DNA of 64,000 nt from the NCBI GenBank assembly GCA_033764015.1, contig JANRJK010000046.1, forward strand, positions 32,001 to 96,000. The letters are read 5' to 3'. The notes beneath the pieces were generated by a model. That model did no database searches, was not told the DNA's origin, and saw only the letters and a program-made list of their open reading frames with translations. Positions within the stretch are counted from its first letter, which is position 1. Each line of letters starts with the position of its first letter. This DNA is from Candidatus Sumerlaeia bacterium. Lineage in GTDB: Bacteria > Sumerlaeota > Sumerlaeia > SLMS01 > JANRJK01. Shown piece by piece: positions 19,950-30,944 of the stretch. The translations under genes were made by a program, and so were the position numbers.

Positions 19950-20552
19950 TTACAGTTGGACTCGCTCAAGGGCGGCCAAGGCCCGCGCCAGGCTTGGGGA
20001 CCGCTTCGCAGCCCGGGAGGGCTCCCACTCTTCAGTGATGAACCGCGACATGATGGGCAGATATTGCGTCCCAACGATCGCGCTTCGATTCGGTGCCGGG
20101 GCGACACCATCCCGAATCTCCCGTTTCTTCGATCCGGCTGCCAATGTGGCAAGGGTCCGCTTCGGATGCGCAACCTCCTCCGGCAAGGCGGGAACCCTTA
20201 CCGCTGGGACACCGAGAAAGCTGGCGATGGATTCGCGGTCCGCCAGCAGCCAACTCTCCAAAGAGAGGACCGGGATGCGCAGGAGAAAACGCTGGGCAAG
20301 CGGCCCGGGTATGTGCCTCGCGATCAGACCGGACGGGCACGCAGCTTGGTCGAGGTCCGTGAGCCCCAAGACCGTCAGCCCCTTTCGGGCTGCTTCATTG
20401 AACCGGGGGGCCTCCCGCCAGAAGCACGAGGCGCCGCCCTTGGAAACCGGGATCACGCCTTCCGTGGAAATCCCCGCGGCGGAGAGCAGCCGCAGCGATG
20501 CGGGCTTCTCAAGTTCCCCTTCGACGATTGCGACAAGGCGCCGCGCGGTCAT
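19950..20552 (-). CDS. DUF4276-like TOPRIM-related protein
   Basis: AIVEG, LTDLD, LESWLLAD, RSPSL motifs; ATGA overlap with the ATPase. Confidence 0.7.
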   Translation of the reverse strand: MTARRLVAIVEGELEKPASLRLLSAAGISTEGVIPVSKGGASCFWREAPRFNEAARKGLTVLGLTDLDQAACPSGLIARHIPGPLAQRFLLRIPVLSLESWLLADRESIASFLGVPAVRVPALPEEVAHPKRTLATLAAGSKKREIRDGVAPAPNRSAIVGTQYLPIMSRFITEEWEPSRAAKRSPSLARALAALERVQL

Positions 20553-21709
20553 GGCCTGAGGGTGTCGAAAAGGTCCGCTTGTTCGGCGCGGGTGCGTGGC
20601 AGTACCGCTTCCGCCGCCGTCAATCCCGCTTGGTTCATCGACACCGCGATCATCTCGTCCGAAGAGGCCAGCGAGACGGTACTGCCCGAGTTGCTTGGAG
20701 TTGCGACAAGGACCTCGTCCGCACCGATCCCGGGGTCCGAGAGCATGTGCTCGCTGTGGGTGGAGAGGATCACCTGGCGCCCGCCTGCAGCTTTCCTCGC
20801 CCGCTGAATGAACGCCGGGAGCTTGGGCAGCAATGCGGAGTGCAGCGAAAGCTCCGGCTCCTCGAGCAGCAGCGGCCCCCCTTTTTCCTGCATTGCCCAT
20901 AGGAGTCCGATCAGCCGCAGTGTGCCGTCGGAGAATTGGGCTTCGTTCTGATAAGCACCATTTCCTCGCCAGTGCTTGAACTTCGCCTTCAAATGTGGGC
21001 GCCCGCGATCGTCGGTCTCGAGCTGGATCTCTTCGAACTGCGGGACGGCGACCGCCAGTATCTCTTGGATGCGGTTCAGCCGCGCAGCGAGGGTCCGCTT
21101 GTTGCAGTCCCGCATCCTGTCGAGCAAGTCGCGGCCCAGCGTGTCCTGCCCGATCGCGCCTGCGGGTGGCCCCTGCGCCTCGCGGATCAACTGCGGAACC
21201 ACATGCAGGTAGAGGACGCTGGCGAAGAAGTCCGCCAACTCTCGGAACTCGCGGTTCGCATTGAGTTGTTGAATCGCGGTTTGGCCGAGCCTGCGGGGGT
21301 CCGCCTTGTCTTCACCGTTTGGCCGTGATAGGACCGTCTCCTCGGACGCCTCGTTCAACCGGCGCACTTCCTCGTGTCTAACGACCGGCGCCCCGCCCTG
21401 ATCGCGGTTGATCTCGAGCCGGTACCACCAGCGCGGCGCATCGCCGTCCGCCAACTCCACGGTGATGCCGACGTTCGAGTTCGTTCCCTTCTGGTGAAGA
21501 CTGCGCAGCCGGGCGATCCCTCCGCGCACCTCCACCGCCCGGGCAAGGCCACCACCCTCGACCACCAAGTCGTGGAGGAAACGGAATGCATCCAGGAAGT
21601 TCGACTTTCCGCTCGCGTTCGGCCCGACGATGAACGAACGCCCCGCCAACGGGACGTCCGCCTTCGTGAAATTCCTCCAATTCTGGAGTTCGATCCGGGT
21701 GAAAATCAT
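20549..21709 (-). CDS. ABC-type AAA_21 ATPase (SMC/AbiEii-like)
   Basis: Walker A GPNASGKS, signature FSDGT, Walker B LLLEEPE, H-loop STHS. Confidence 0.88.
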   Translation of the reverse strand: MIFTRIELQNWRNFTKADVPLAGRSFIVGPNASGKSNFLDAFRFLHDLVVEGGGLARAVEVRGGIARLRSLHQKGTNSNVGITVELADGDAPRWWYRLEINRDQGGAPVVRHEEVRRLNEASEETVLSRPNGEDKADPRRLGQTAIQQLNANREFRELADFFASVLYLHVVPQLIREAQGPPAGAIGQDTLGRDLLDRMRDCNKRTLAARLNRIQEILAVAVPQFEEIQLETDDRGRPHLKAKFKHWRGNGAYQNEAQFSDGTLRLIGLLWAMQEKGGPLLLEEPELSLHSALLPKLPAFIQRARKAAGGRQVILSTHSEHMLSDPGIGADEVLVATPSNSGSTVSLASSDEMIAVSMNQAGLTAAEAVLPRTRAEQADLFDTLRP

Positions 21710-21795
21710 CGTCGCTCTCGAAGGCGGTCGGAAGTGCTGCCTAAACGTGCATCCATTCCGCGCTTCCGGTCAACACTCGCGCTCTGGAAGCCCCG

Positions 21796-23193
<1,398 letters not shown>

Positions 23194-23203
23194 TCGGTGC
23201 CCG

Positions 23204-24145
23204 TCATTCCGCCGCCCGGCGCTGGAGTCGGTGCCCGTCGCGCTCGAACGCCTCGAGCGCCGCGCGCGCCGTCAGGACGTGCAGGCGCACCGTGTCGTCG
23301 GGATCGAGGGCGTAGCCGCCGGCGGTGAACGTCGCGAATGGGATGCCATGCTCCGCCAGCGCGCCCAGCACCAGCCGCTCGCGCTCCGCCATGCCCTCCA
23401 TGGTGACACCGACACCGCCGAGCCGGTCGTGCTCGTAGGGATCCACGCCGCCGAGGTAGAGCGCCAGGTCGGGCTGGAATTGGTCCAGCACCACGCGAAG
23501 GCCCCGCTCCAGCTCGCGCAGGTACACCGACGTGCCGCACTCGTCGGCGAGTCCGATGTCGAGGTCGCTGCGCTCCTTCATCGGATAGAGGTTCTCCTGG
23601 TGGATCGAGAACGTGAACACGCGGTCCTCGCCCGCGAAAATGCGGGCGGTGCCGTTGCCTTGGTGCACGTCGGTGTCGATCACGGCGACGCGCGACGCCC
23701 AGCCGCGCCGGAGCGCCACCGCCGCGGCGATGGCCGCGTCGTTGATGTAGCAGAAGCCCTCCGCGTGCCCGGCGAAGCCGTGGTGGTAGCCGCCGCCGAA
23801 GTGGATCGCGCAGCCGCGCTCCACCGCGCGCCGGACGGCGAGGATCGAGCCCCCCGCGCACAGCACGCAGCCCTCGACGATCTCGCGGCTGAGCGGCAGC
23901 TCGCTGCGCCGCGTCCGCGCCGTGTGGCGGTACCCGCGCAGGTCCGCGAGGTACTCAGCCTCGAGGACAGCCAGCAGCTCCGCGTCGTCCGCCGCGTGCG
24001 GCGCCTCGACCTCGTGCGGCTGCAGCAGGCCCTCGCGCTCGGACGCCTCGCGGTAGCGGCGGAACTTGCTCGTGATGAACACATGCGCGCCGATGTCCAT
24101 CTCGTACGCGGGACTGTGGACGAAGCCGGGTCGGAGCGTGCCCAT
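23204..24145 (-). CDS. histone deacetylase family Zn-dependent deacylase
   Basis: GGGYHHG, GFCYIND, DTDVHQGNGT, GVDPYEHDRLG, AGGY. Confidence 0.92.
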   Translation of the reverse strand: MGTLRPGFVHSPAYEMDIGAHVFITSKFRRYREASEREGLLQPHEVEAPHAADDAELLAVLEAEYLADLRGYRHTARTRRSELPLSREIVEGCVLCAGGSILAVRRAVERGCAIHFGGGYHHGFAGHAEGFCYINDAAIAAAVALRRGWASRVAVIDTDVHQGNGTARIFAGEDRVFTFSIHQENLYPMKERSDLDIGLADECGTSVYLRELERGLRVVLDQFQPDLALYLGGVDPYEHDRLGGVGVTMEGMAERERLVLGALAEHGIPFATFTAGGYALDPDDTVRLHVLTARAALEAFERDGHRLQRRAAE

Positions 24146-24249
24146 GGGCTGCCTGCGGAGCGGGGGATCGGGGCCTGGTGCCCCACGGCGCAGCGTGAGC
24201 GAGCGGCGTTCCCCGTGGAAACGGGAAGTTGCCCGGCGGCGCGCGGCGG

Positions 24250-25056
24250 TCAGGCGCCCTGGGCTTCCGCCATCCACTCCCCGTAGAACGCCGCCGGCCG
24301 GAAGCCGAGTTTAGAATAGCATCGGATCGCGGCGGCGTTCGACTCCCGCACGTTCAGGCCGATCAGGTCCACCCGCGGCCGCAGCAGCGCGCACATCGCC
24401 GAGGTCGCCAACGTCGCGAGGCCCCTTCCCCGCGCCTCCGGATGGGTCGCGATGTTCCCAAGCGCGGCGATCCGATAGCGGTCCGACACGGTGTGCACCC
24501 CGGCGACCGCCAGCAGCCGCCCGGACTCGCGGATCCCGAGGTAGCTTCCCGTGGCGAGCATGAACGGCTCGAACCAGTTGCCCGGATACGCCTCGCCGTA
24601 GAAAGCGAGCACCTCTTCGAAGTCGCCCGGCCCGAGCGGCGACACGCCCGGCGACGAGACCAGTTCGAGGCTCGCCGCGGCGCAGGCCATCTTGAGGAAC
24701 GACCCGTGGCTCTGGAGGCGGAAGCGCTGCGCAACGGCCTCCTCGAGCCCGGGCGACAAGTGCCAATAGAGGCGCGGAGGCAGCTCGGGCAGGATGGCCG
24801 TCAACAACTCCACCATCGGTTGCTCAGCCCCGTCGTGAACCGCGAGGCAGGCGGGGAGTGCTCCGCCAGTGTACAGCAGCACGGCCGCCTCGTCCGACCC
24901 GCCTTCGCGGAGCACGAACCAGCGGGTGTGCGGCCAGAAGAAGTCGTCGAGGTCGCCCAAGCTGTAGAAGTGGAGCTGCGGGGCCCGGCGGAAGAAGCGC
25001 TCGAGGCGCTCCTTGGCTCCCGCGTCGCCAGGGGCGATGTGGTCGATGGTAGGCAT
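24250..25056 (-). CDS. GNAT acetyltransferase (C-terminal FR47-like domain)
   Basis: GNIATHPEARGRGLA, LNVRESNAAAIRCYSKLGF. Confidence 0.85.
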   Translation of the reverse strand: MPTIDHIAPGDAGAKERLERFFRRAPQLHFYSLGDLDDFFWPHTRWFVLREGGSDEAAVLLYTGGALPACLAVHDGAEQPMVELLTAILPELPPRLYWHLSPGLEEAVAQRFRLQSHGSFLKMACAAASLELVSSPGVSPLGPGDFEEVLAFYGEAYPGNWFEPFMLATGSYLGIRESGRLLAVAGVHTVSDRYRIAALGNIATHPEARGRGLATLATSAMCALLRPRVDLIGLNVRESNAAAIRCYSKLGFRPAAFYGEWMAEAQGA

Positions 25057-25293
25057 GGCCGCACGGATATGCGCGGGCCCTCGGCGGCGGCAACGACAGC
25101 CTCTCCGCCTTTGCCCGGTGATCCGCCTGCCACCCGTGCGCGAAGGGCCCCGCTTGCCTGTCCGCCTCCGCTCGACGCGCGGGCGGGACGCCGCCGATGC
25201 TCTTCGAGGATCGGCGCCCGCGAGCTCCGCGGCACGCGGGCGCCTTCCCCAGCCGCGCGCCGGGGCCACCTTGATCCAGCCGAGATCCCCCCG

Positions 25294-26415
25294 ATGCCCT
25301 ACCTCGACCACGCCGCCACCACGCCGCTCGCGCCCGAGGCCCTCGAGGCGATGCGCGCCGCGTGGGAGCGCCCGCGCAACGCCTCCTCCGCGCACCGCGC
25401 CGGGCAGGCCGCCCGCCGCCTGCTCGAGGACGCCCGCGCGCGCCTCGCCGCCGCGCTCGATGCGGAGCCCTCGTGGGTGGTCTTCACCAGCGGCGCGTCG
25501 GAGGCGAACAACCTCGCGATCCGCGGCCATGCGGACCACGAGGCCGGGCATGGCCGCCGCGCTGCGATCGCCAGCTCCCCGCTCGAGCATAGCTGCGTGC
25601 GCGAAACCGTCGCCCGCCTCGCGATCCAGGGGCGCGCCGCGGTCCACACCTTGGCGGTCTCGCCGGAGGGGCGCGCCGACACCGCCGCGCCGGGCCTCGA
25701 GCGCGCCTCCCTGCTGTGCCTGATGGCGGTGCAGAACGAGACCGGTGCCGTGCAGGACCTCGCCGGGGCCCGCGCGCTCGCCGCGCGGCTCGGCGCGCGC
25801 TGGCTCTGCGACGGCGCGCAGGCGCTCGGCAAGGTGCCGTTCTCCGTGCGCGCGTCCGGGGCGGACTTCGTTTCCGTTTCGGCGCACAAGGTCGGCGGGC
25901 CCTCCGGCATCGGCGCACTGGTGGGGCCGGGCGTTACCGCGCTGGCGCCGCAGATCACCGGCGGCCCGCAGGAAGGCGGCCTCCGCGCGGGCACCCAGGC
26001 GGTGGCGCTCGCGGCGGGCTTCGCCGCGGCGGCGGAAGCGGCGGTCGCGCGCCTCGCGGAGCGCGCCGCCCGCATGGCGGAACTCGAGCGCATTGTCGCG
26101 GACGCGCTCGATGCGCGCGGCGTCCCGTGGCGGCGCAACGGCGGCGAGCCGCGCGCGCCCGGCTTCTTCAACATCTCGATCGAGGGGCTCGAGGGCGCGG
26201 ACCTCGTGATCGCGCTCGATGCGCGCGGATTCGAAGCCGGCTCCGGCTCCGCGTGCTCGACCGGCGTGATGGAGGTGTCGCCCGCGATGCACGCGATGTT
26301 CCCGCGCGACACGGCGCGGGCCGCGGGCGCCCTCCGAATCACCTTCGGCGCCGGCAACACGCCAGAGGACGCGCACGCTCTGGGCGCCGCATTGGCGGGA
26401 CTGGCGGGGCGGTAG
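25294..26415 (+). CDS. iscS: cysteine desulfurase (IscS/NifS family)
   Basis: YLDHAATTP, FTSGASEANN, NETG, DGAQ, SAHK (PLP Lys), SGSAC catalytic Cys. Confidence 0.9.
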   Translation: MPYLDHAATTPLAPEALEAMRAAWERPRNASSAHRAGQAARRLLEDARARLAAALDAEPSWVVFTSGASEANNLAIRGHADHEAGHGRRAAIASSPLEHSCVRETVARLAIQGRAAVHTLAVSPEGRADTAAPGLERASLLCLMAVQNETGAVQDLAGARALAARLGARWLCDGAQALGKVPFSVRASGADFVSVSAHKVGGPSGIGALVGPGVTALAPQITGGPQEGGLRAGTQAVALAAGFAAAAEAAVARLAERAARMAELERIVADALDARGVPWRRNGGEPRAPGFFNISIEGLEGADLVIALDARGFEAGSGSACSTGVMEVSPAMHAMFPRDTARAAGALRITFGAGNTPEDAHALGAALAGLAGR

Positions 26416-26425
26416 GCTCCACGGG

Positions 26426-26466
26426 AAAAGCGGCGGCCCGGGGAGCAATCGCTCCCCGGGCCGCCG
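26426..26466. terminator. intrinsic terminator between convergent iscS and glgP
   Basis: Perfect 16-bp stem 26431-26446/26451-26466 with 4-nt loop; adjacent A-run gives a U-tract on the minus strand. Confidence 0.8.
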
Positions 26467-26490
26467 ATCCTTCTCTTGTGCGCGCCCGGC

Positions 26491-29085
26491 TTACGCCCAG
26501 CGCACCAGGCCCATCTCGACCGGGCTCAGCAGGTCCTTGTTCGCGGGAAGCACGCGGACCGTGTAGTCGAACTCGCCGCTTTCCATGCGTTCGAGGGAGC
26601 CCTCGTACACATGGTAGCGTCCGCCGTCGTCCGCGCGGACCAGCTTCATCGGGATGCGCGTGACCTCGGCGCCGCTGCCGCCGTTGCGCGAGTGCACCGC
26701 TTCGGCGTAGATCTCGACGGTGACGTCCTCCGGCTTGAGGCGCCCGAGCTCGACCTCCGCCGAGACGCGGATCGGCTCGCGCACGTGCACCTCGGAGCTG
26801 TCGGACTCGAGGACGCTGGTGCGCAGGCGGACCATCGGCCAGTTGCCGCGGACCGCGAGCTTCCACTCGGAGAGGTCCTTGGCGCGCTTGAACGACTTCG
26901 CCTTGAACGCCTTGTGGCGCTCCGTGCCGGGGAGGTAGAACTTCTCGACGTACTCGCTCACCATGCGGTCCGTGCTGAACACGGGGGTGAGCGCCTTCAT
27001 CGACGCGCGGACGCGGCGCATCCACGCCCGGGGGATGCCCCGGTCGTCGCGGTCGAAGTAGGTGGGGATCACCTCGTTCTCGAGCGTGCGGTAGAACGAC
27101 TCCGCGTCCACCGCGTCCTGCATCTCCGTGTTGGGGTAGTCGTGGTCGTCGCCGAGGGCCCATCCGGAGAGGGGCTCCATCTCGTACGCCTCCGCCCACC
27201 AGCCGTCGAGGATCGAGACGTTGAGGCCGCCGTTGAGGGGCACCTTCATCCCGGAGGTGCCGGAGGCCTCGAGGGGCTTGCGCGGGTTGTTCAGCCAGAT
27301 GTCGCAGCCGGCGGTGAGGCGGCGGGCGACGTTGATGTCGTAGTTCTCGATGAAGATGATCTTGTTCAGGAACTCGGGCTCGCGCGAGACCATCTGGATC
27401 TGGCGGATCAGCTCCTGGCCCTGCATGTCGGCGGGGTGGGCCTTTCCGGCGAAGACGATCTGCACGGGGCGCTCGCTGTCGTTGAGCAGGCGCGCCAGGC
27501 GGCGGCGGTCGCGGAAGATCAGCGTCGCGCGCTTGTACGTCGCGAAGCGCCGCGCGAAGCCGATCGTCAGCGCGTCGTCCTGGAACACCTTGTCCACCTC
27601 GCGGAGCTGCTCCGGCGTCTCGCCGAAGCGCTCGTGCTGGCGGTAGAGCACCCGGTGGATGAACTTCACCAGCTCGCTCTTCAGCACGCGGCGCACCTCC
27701 CAGATCTCCTCGTCGGGGATCTTGTCCAGGGAGTCCCACAGCTTGCGGTCCATCACGTTGTTGCGCCAGTTCTTCGGCAGGTACTGGTCCATCAGCCCCT
27801 GCATCTCGAAGCTCATCCAGGACAGCGTGTGGACGCCGTTCGTGATCGAGTCGATCGGGGTCTCGACCGGGGGCGCGTCGCGGTACAGGTGCGCCCACAT
27901 GCCGCGGGAGACGTGGCCGTGGATCTTCGACACGCCGTTGGCCATCGAGGCCATGCGGAGCGCGAGCGCCGTCATCGAGAACACGTCCCGGTTGTCCGGC
28001 GCCTTGTCGTAGCCGAGCTCCAGGAAGTCGGCGCGGCTCATGCCGAGCTGCGGGTAGAAGCCGCGGAAGTACTTGTCGATCAGGTCGAAGCCGAAGACGT
28101 CGTTGCCGGCGGGCACCGGAGTGTGCGTCGTGAAGACGGTCGTGGCGCGGACCATTTCGATCGCCTCGGGCACCGACAGCTTGTGCTCGACGACGTATTC
28201 GCGCACGCGCTCCAGCGCGAGGAACGAGCTGTGGCCCTCGTTCATGTGGTAGACGCTCGGCTCCTTGCCCATCGCGCGCAGCGCGCGCACGCCGGCGATG
28301 CCGAGGATGATCTCCTGCTGGATGCGCAGCTCGTGGTCGCCGCCGTAGAGGCGCGCCGTGAGCCGACGGTCCTCGACCGAGTTCTCCGGCACGTCCGCGT
28401 CGAGCAGGTACAGCGAGTTGCGTCCGATGGAGACCTCCCACATGCGCAGGTGGATCGTCCGGGCGCCGATCTCGACGGAGACGTTCACCGCCTCGCCCTT
28501 CTTCGAGCGCGCCGCCTTGATCGGCAGCGTCTCGTAGTCGAACTGGTGGTAGATCGCCTGCTGCACCCCGTTCTCGTCGATGTCCTGGAAGAAGTAGCCT
28601 TCGCGGTACAGGATGCCGACGCCCACGAAGGGGAGCCCGAGGTTCGTCGCCGACTTCACGTGGTCGCCCGCCAGCACGCCGAGGCCGCCGGAGTACTGCG
28701 GCAGCGTGTGGTGCAGGCCGAACTCCGCCGAGAAGTACGCGATCAGGAACTCGGAGCCCTTCTTCTCGATCTTCGAGTACCAGGTGTTCTCGGAGCGGAT
28801 GTACTCCTCGAACATCTCCATCACGCGGTCGTAGAGCCCCAGCACCTCCTTGTCCTTCGCGGCCGCGTCCAGCGCCGACTGGCGCACGCGGCGGAGGAAC
28901 TCGAGGGGGTTGCCGTTGCAGGAGATCCAGGTCGTCAGGTCGATCCGGCGGAACAGGGACCGCGCCAGCGGGTTCCAAGTCCACCACATGTTTTTCGAGA
29001 GGTCGGCCAGGCCCTTCAGGCGGGCGGGGATGTTCGGGACGACCCGGACCCTTCCGAGGAACGTCAAGGGGTGTTGGGCTCGCAT
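26491..29085 (-). CDS. glgP: alpha-glucan (glycogen) phosphorylase
   Basis: YFSAEFG, YSGGLGVLAGDH, HMNEGH, FTTHTPVPAG, ITNGVH, GFARRFATYKR, EASGTSGMK. Confidence 0.96.
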   Translation of the reverse strand: MRAQHPLTFLGRVRVVPNIPARLKGLADLSKNMWWTWNPLARSLFRRIDLTTWISCNGNPLEFLRRVRQSALDAAAKDKEVLGLYDRVMEMFEEYIRSENTWYSKIEKKGSEFLIAYFSAEFGLHHTLPQYSGGLGVLAGDHVKSATNLGLPFVGVGILYREGYFFQDIDENGVQQAIYHQFDYETLPIKAARSKKGEAVNVSVEIGARTIHLRMWEVSIGRNSLYLLDADVPENSVEDRRLTARLYGGDHELRIQQEIILGIAGVRALRAMGKEPSVYHMNEGHSSFLALERVREYVVEHKLSVPEAIEMVRATTVFTTHTPVPAGNDVFGFDLIDKYFRGFYPQLGMSRADFLELGYDKAPDNRDVFSMTALALRMASMANGVSKIHGHVSRGMWAHLYRDAPPVETPIDSITNGVHTLSWMSFEMQGLMDQYLPKNWRNNVMDRKLWDSLDKIPDEEIWEVRRVLKSELVKFIHRVLYRQHERFGETPEQLREVDKVFQDDALTIGFARRFATYKRATLIFRDRRRLARLLNDSERPVQIVFAGKAHPADMQGQELIRQIQMVSREPEFLNKIIFIENYDINVARRLTAGCDIWLNNPRKPLEASGTSGMKVPLNGGLNVSILDGWWAEAYEMEPLSGWALGDDHDYPNTEMQDAVDAESFYRTLENEVIPTYFDRDDRGIPRAWMRRVRASMKALTPVFSTDRMVSEYVEKFYLPGTERHKAFKAKSFKRAKDLSEWKLAVRGNWPMVRLRTSVLESDSSEVHVREPIRVSAEVELGRLKPEDVTVEIYAEAVHSRNGGSGAEVTRIPMKLVRADDGGRYHVYEGSLERMESGEFDYTVRVLPANKDLLSPVEMGLVRWA

Positions 29086-29325
29086 CGTGTGTGCGCAAGC
29101 TCCTTCCGGTTTTGGAGTCGAATGGCGCGGACCGATTGGGAAGGGGGGCCGGAGCGGCCGCTCGATGCCGGTGTCGTGCGCCAGGAATGGAAACGGAGTG
29201 GATCCGCCGTTCGCTTCATCAGCGGAAAAGAAACCACCCGCGCTTGAACTGGGTCAAGCGCGGGCGGGTTGTGTTGGCCACAGGCCGGACTCAGGGAAAT
29301 TCCCTATTGCCTCGACCGGGTGTGG

Positions 29326-29380
29326 AAAAACAGGAACGCGAGGGCCTGCCGGAACCCCTCCCCGCTGGCCCTCGCTTCCT
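29326..29380 (-). terminator. intrinsic terminator after the OB-fold gene
   Basis: GCGAGGGCC...GGCCCTCGC stem followed by TGTTTTT on the minus strand. Confidence 0.6.
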
Positions 29381-29399
29381 CCCGCGACGGATTCGGCGG

Positions 29400-30698
29400 C
29401 TACTCGATCTTTCGGATCGAGTCCGCCGAGTCCACGCGAAGCACCATCTGAGACCGAAGCCTCGAAAACTCGCCCTTCCCCGCGACCAGCAGCTTGCTGC
29501 CGGTGACGAGCCGCTCGCGGAGACCCTCCGTCGCGGCCAACTCCTTATCCAGGAAAGCAACCGCCACGCCATCGTCGTCCTTGAGCACCAGGAACGTACC
29601 GGCCGGCGTGTCGTTCAACCGCGTCAACGTGGCGGCCATCGCGACTTCCTTGCCTTCCAGGCTGCGCGTCAGGCCCACGCTGGTGGTCAGCGCGGGCGTG
29701 TCGCCGCCCATCGCCGCCGCCGCATCCGCCGCCGCGCCGCCTTCCGCCGCGTCCGCCATCGCGACCGCCTCGGCGTTGCGCACGCGGAGCTGCTTCTTGC
29801 CCTGGAAATCGCTGCGGACGCCCTTCGCGCGGATCATCGCGCCGGGCTTCGTCAGCTCTTCCGGCATCGACTCGATCTCGTTCGAGAAATAGACCACGTC
29901 GAGCGACGCCTCGCCGTCCGTCACCGTGATGATGTTCGGCGCGCGGTCGTTCCATGCGGCGCGGAACGACTCGACCTCTCCGAAAACCGTCACCATGCCG
30001 CTGCCCGGCTCCTTGGCGAGCGCCTCGGAGACGGTGAGCTTGTCGCCGCCGGTCGCCAACGCCTTCAGCGCGGTCTTCAGCTTCGCGCCGCCCTCGTCCT
30101 CGCCGGCCGCGGTGAGCCCCTGGATCCGCAAGTTGTTCGGATTCGCGACGCGCACCTGCATGACTCCGCGGTAGTCGCTCAGCGCGCCCCGCACGGAGAC
30201 CTGCAGGCCGACCTCCGGCTCCTTGCCCTCGGTGCCGTGGATCCGCGGCGCCACGTCGGGCCAGTAGACCACCATCACCGGGTCGGTCTCGCGGTCCACC
30301 AGCGTCAGGCGGAAGGGAACGCGGTCGCCGGTCGACGCCTCGTACTTCGCGATGGTGCCGGTGATGGCGAGCTGCTTGCCCATCATGTCGCGCGTCAGCG
30401 TGTCGGCGGCGACCGCGCCGTCGAACGCCGCGAACGGAGCCGTGCTCTTGGCCGCGGTCTCCGTCCCGGCGGGCGCGGCGGCTTGCGCCCCACCCTCCGA
30501 GGCGCCGACTTGCGCAAGGATGATCGGCGTCGGCTCGTACGCCACCACCCGGGCACCGTCACCGGAGACGAAGTAGTCGGGGGGCTTGTTGAAGGGGTCG
30601 GTCAGATCGCCGGTCCCGGAGGACGGCTCGGCCCACGCGGCTGCGAGAGCCGCGGAAATCGCCAAAGTCAGGGTAAACACCGAGAGTTCTCTGCTCAT
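29400..30698 (-). CDS. exported protein with three OB-fold-like repeats
   Basis: N-terminal signal peptide; three repeats of V.G.V...L.D....V.VV...G..V.V.G....Y/F.G..Q.RV. Confidence 0.65.
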   Translation of the reverse strand: MSRELSVFTLTLAISAALAAAWAEPSSGTGDLTDPFNKPPDYFVSGDGARVVAYEPTPIILAQVGASEGGAQAAAPAGTETAAKSTAPFAAFDGAVAADTLTRDMMGKQLAITGTIAKYEASTGDRVPFRLTLVDRETDPVMVVYWPDVAPRIHGTEGKEPEVGLQVSVRGALSDYRGVMQVRVANPNNLRIQGLTAAGEDEGGAKLKTALKALATGGDKLTVSEALAKEPGSGMVTVFGEVESFRAAWNDRAPNIITVTDGEASLDVVYFSNEIESMPEELTKPGAMIRAKGVRSDFQGKKQLRVRNAEAVAMADAAEGGAAADAAAAMGGDTPALTTSVGLTRSLEGKEVAMAATLTRLNDTPAGTFLVLKDDDGVAVAFLDKELAATEGLRERLVTGSKLLVAGKGEFSRLRSQMVLRVDSADSIRKIE

Positions 30699-30944
30699 TT
30701 CTGCACCCCTTCAGTTACTTCCGACACCGAAGCGTGACAGTGGGACACAGGGGTGCCCCACACGCAAGTCCAAAATTTGACTGAAGGTCAAAGGTCGGCC
30801 GCCGGGATTCGCCGTGTCAAGGCGCGCGACGCCCCGGAAGGTGGCGCCAAACCTTGACGCTTCGCGGGCGTCGCCTCATATAGGTCTGGCTGGCGAAGGG
30901 CGCCCAACTCCCTCCGCGCCGTCCGCACGAGGAGTTATCCGCTG

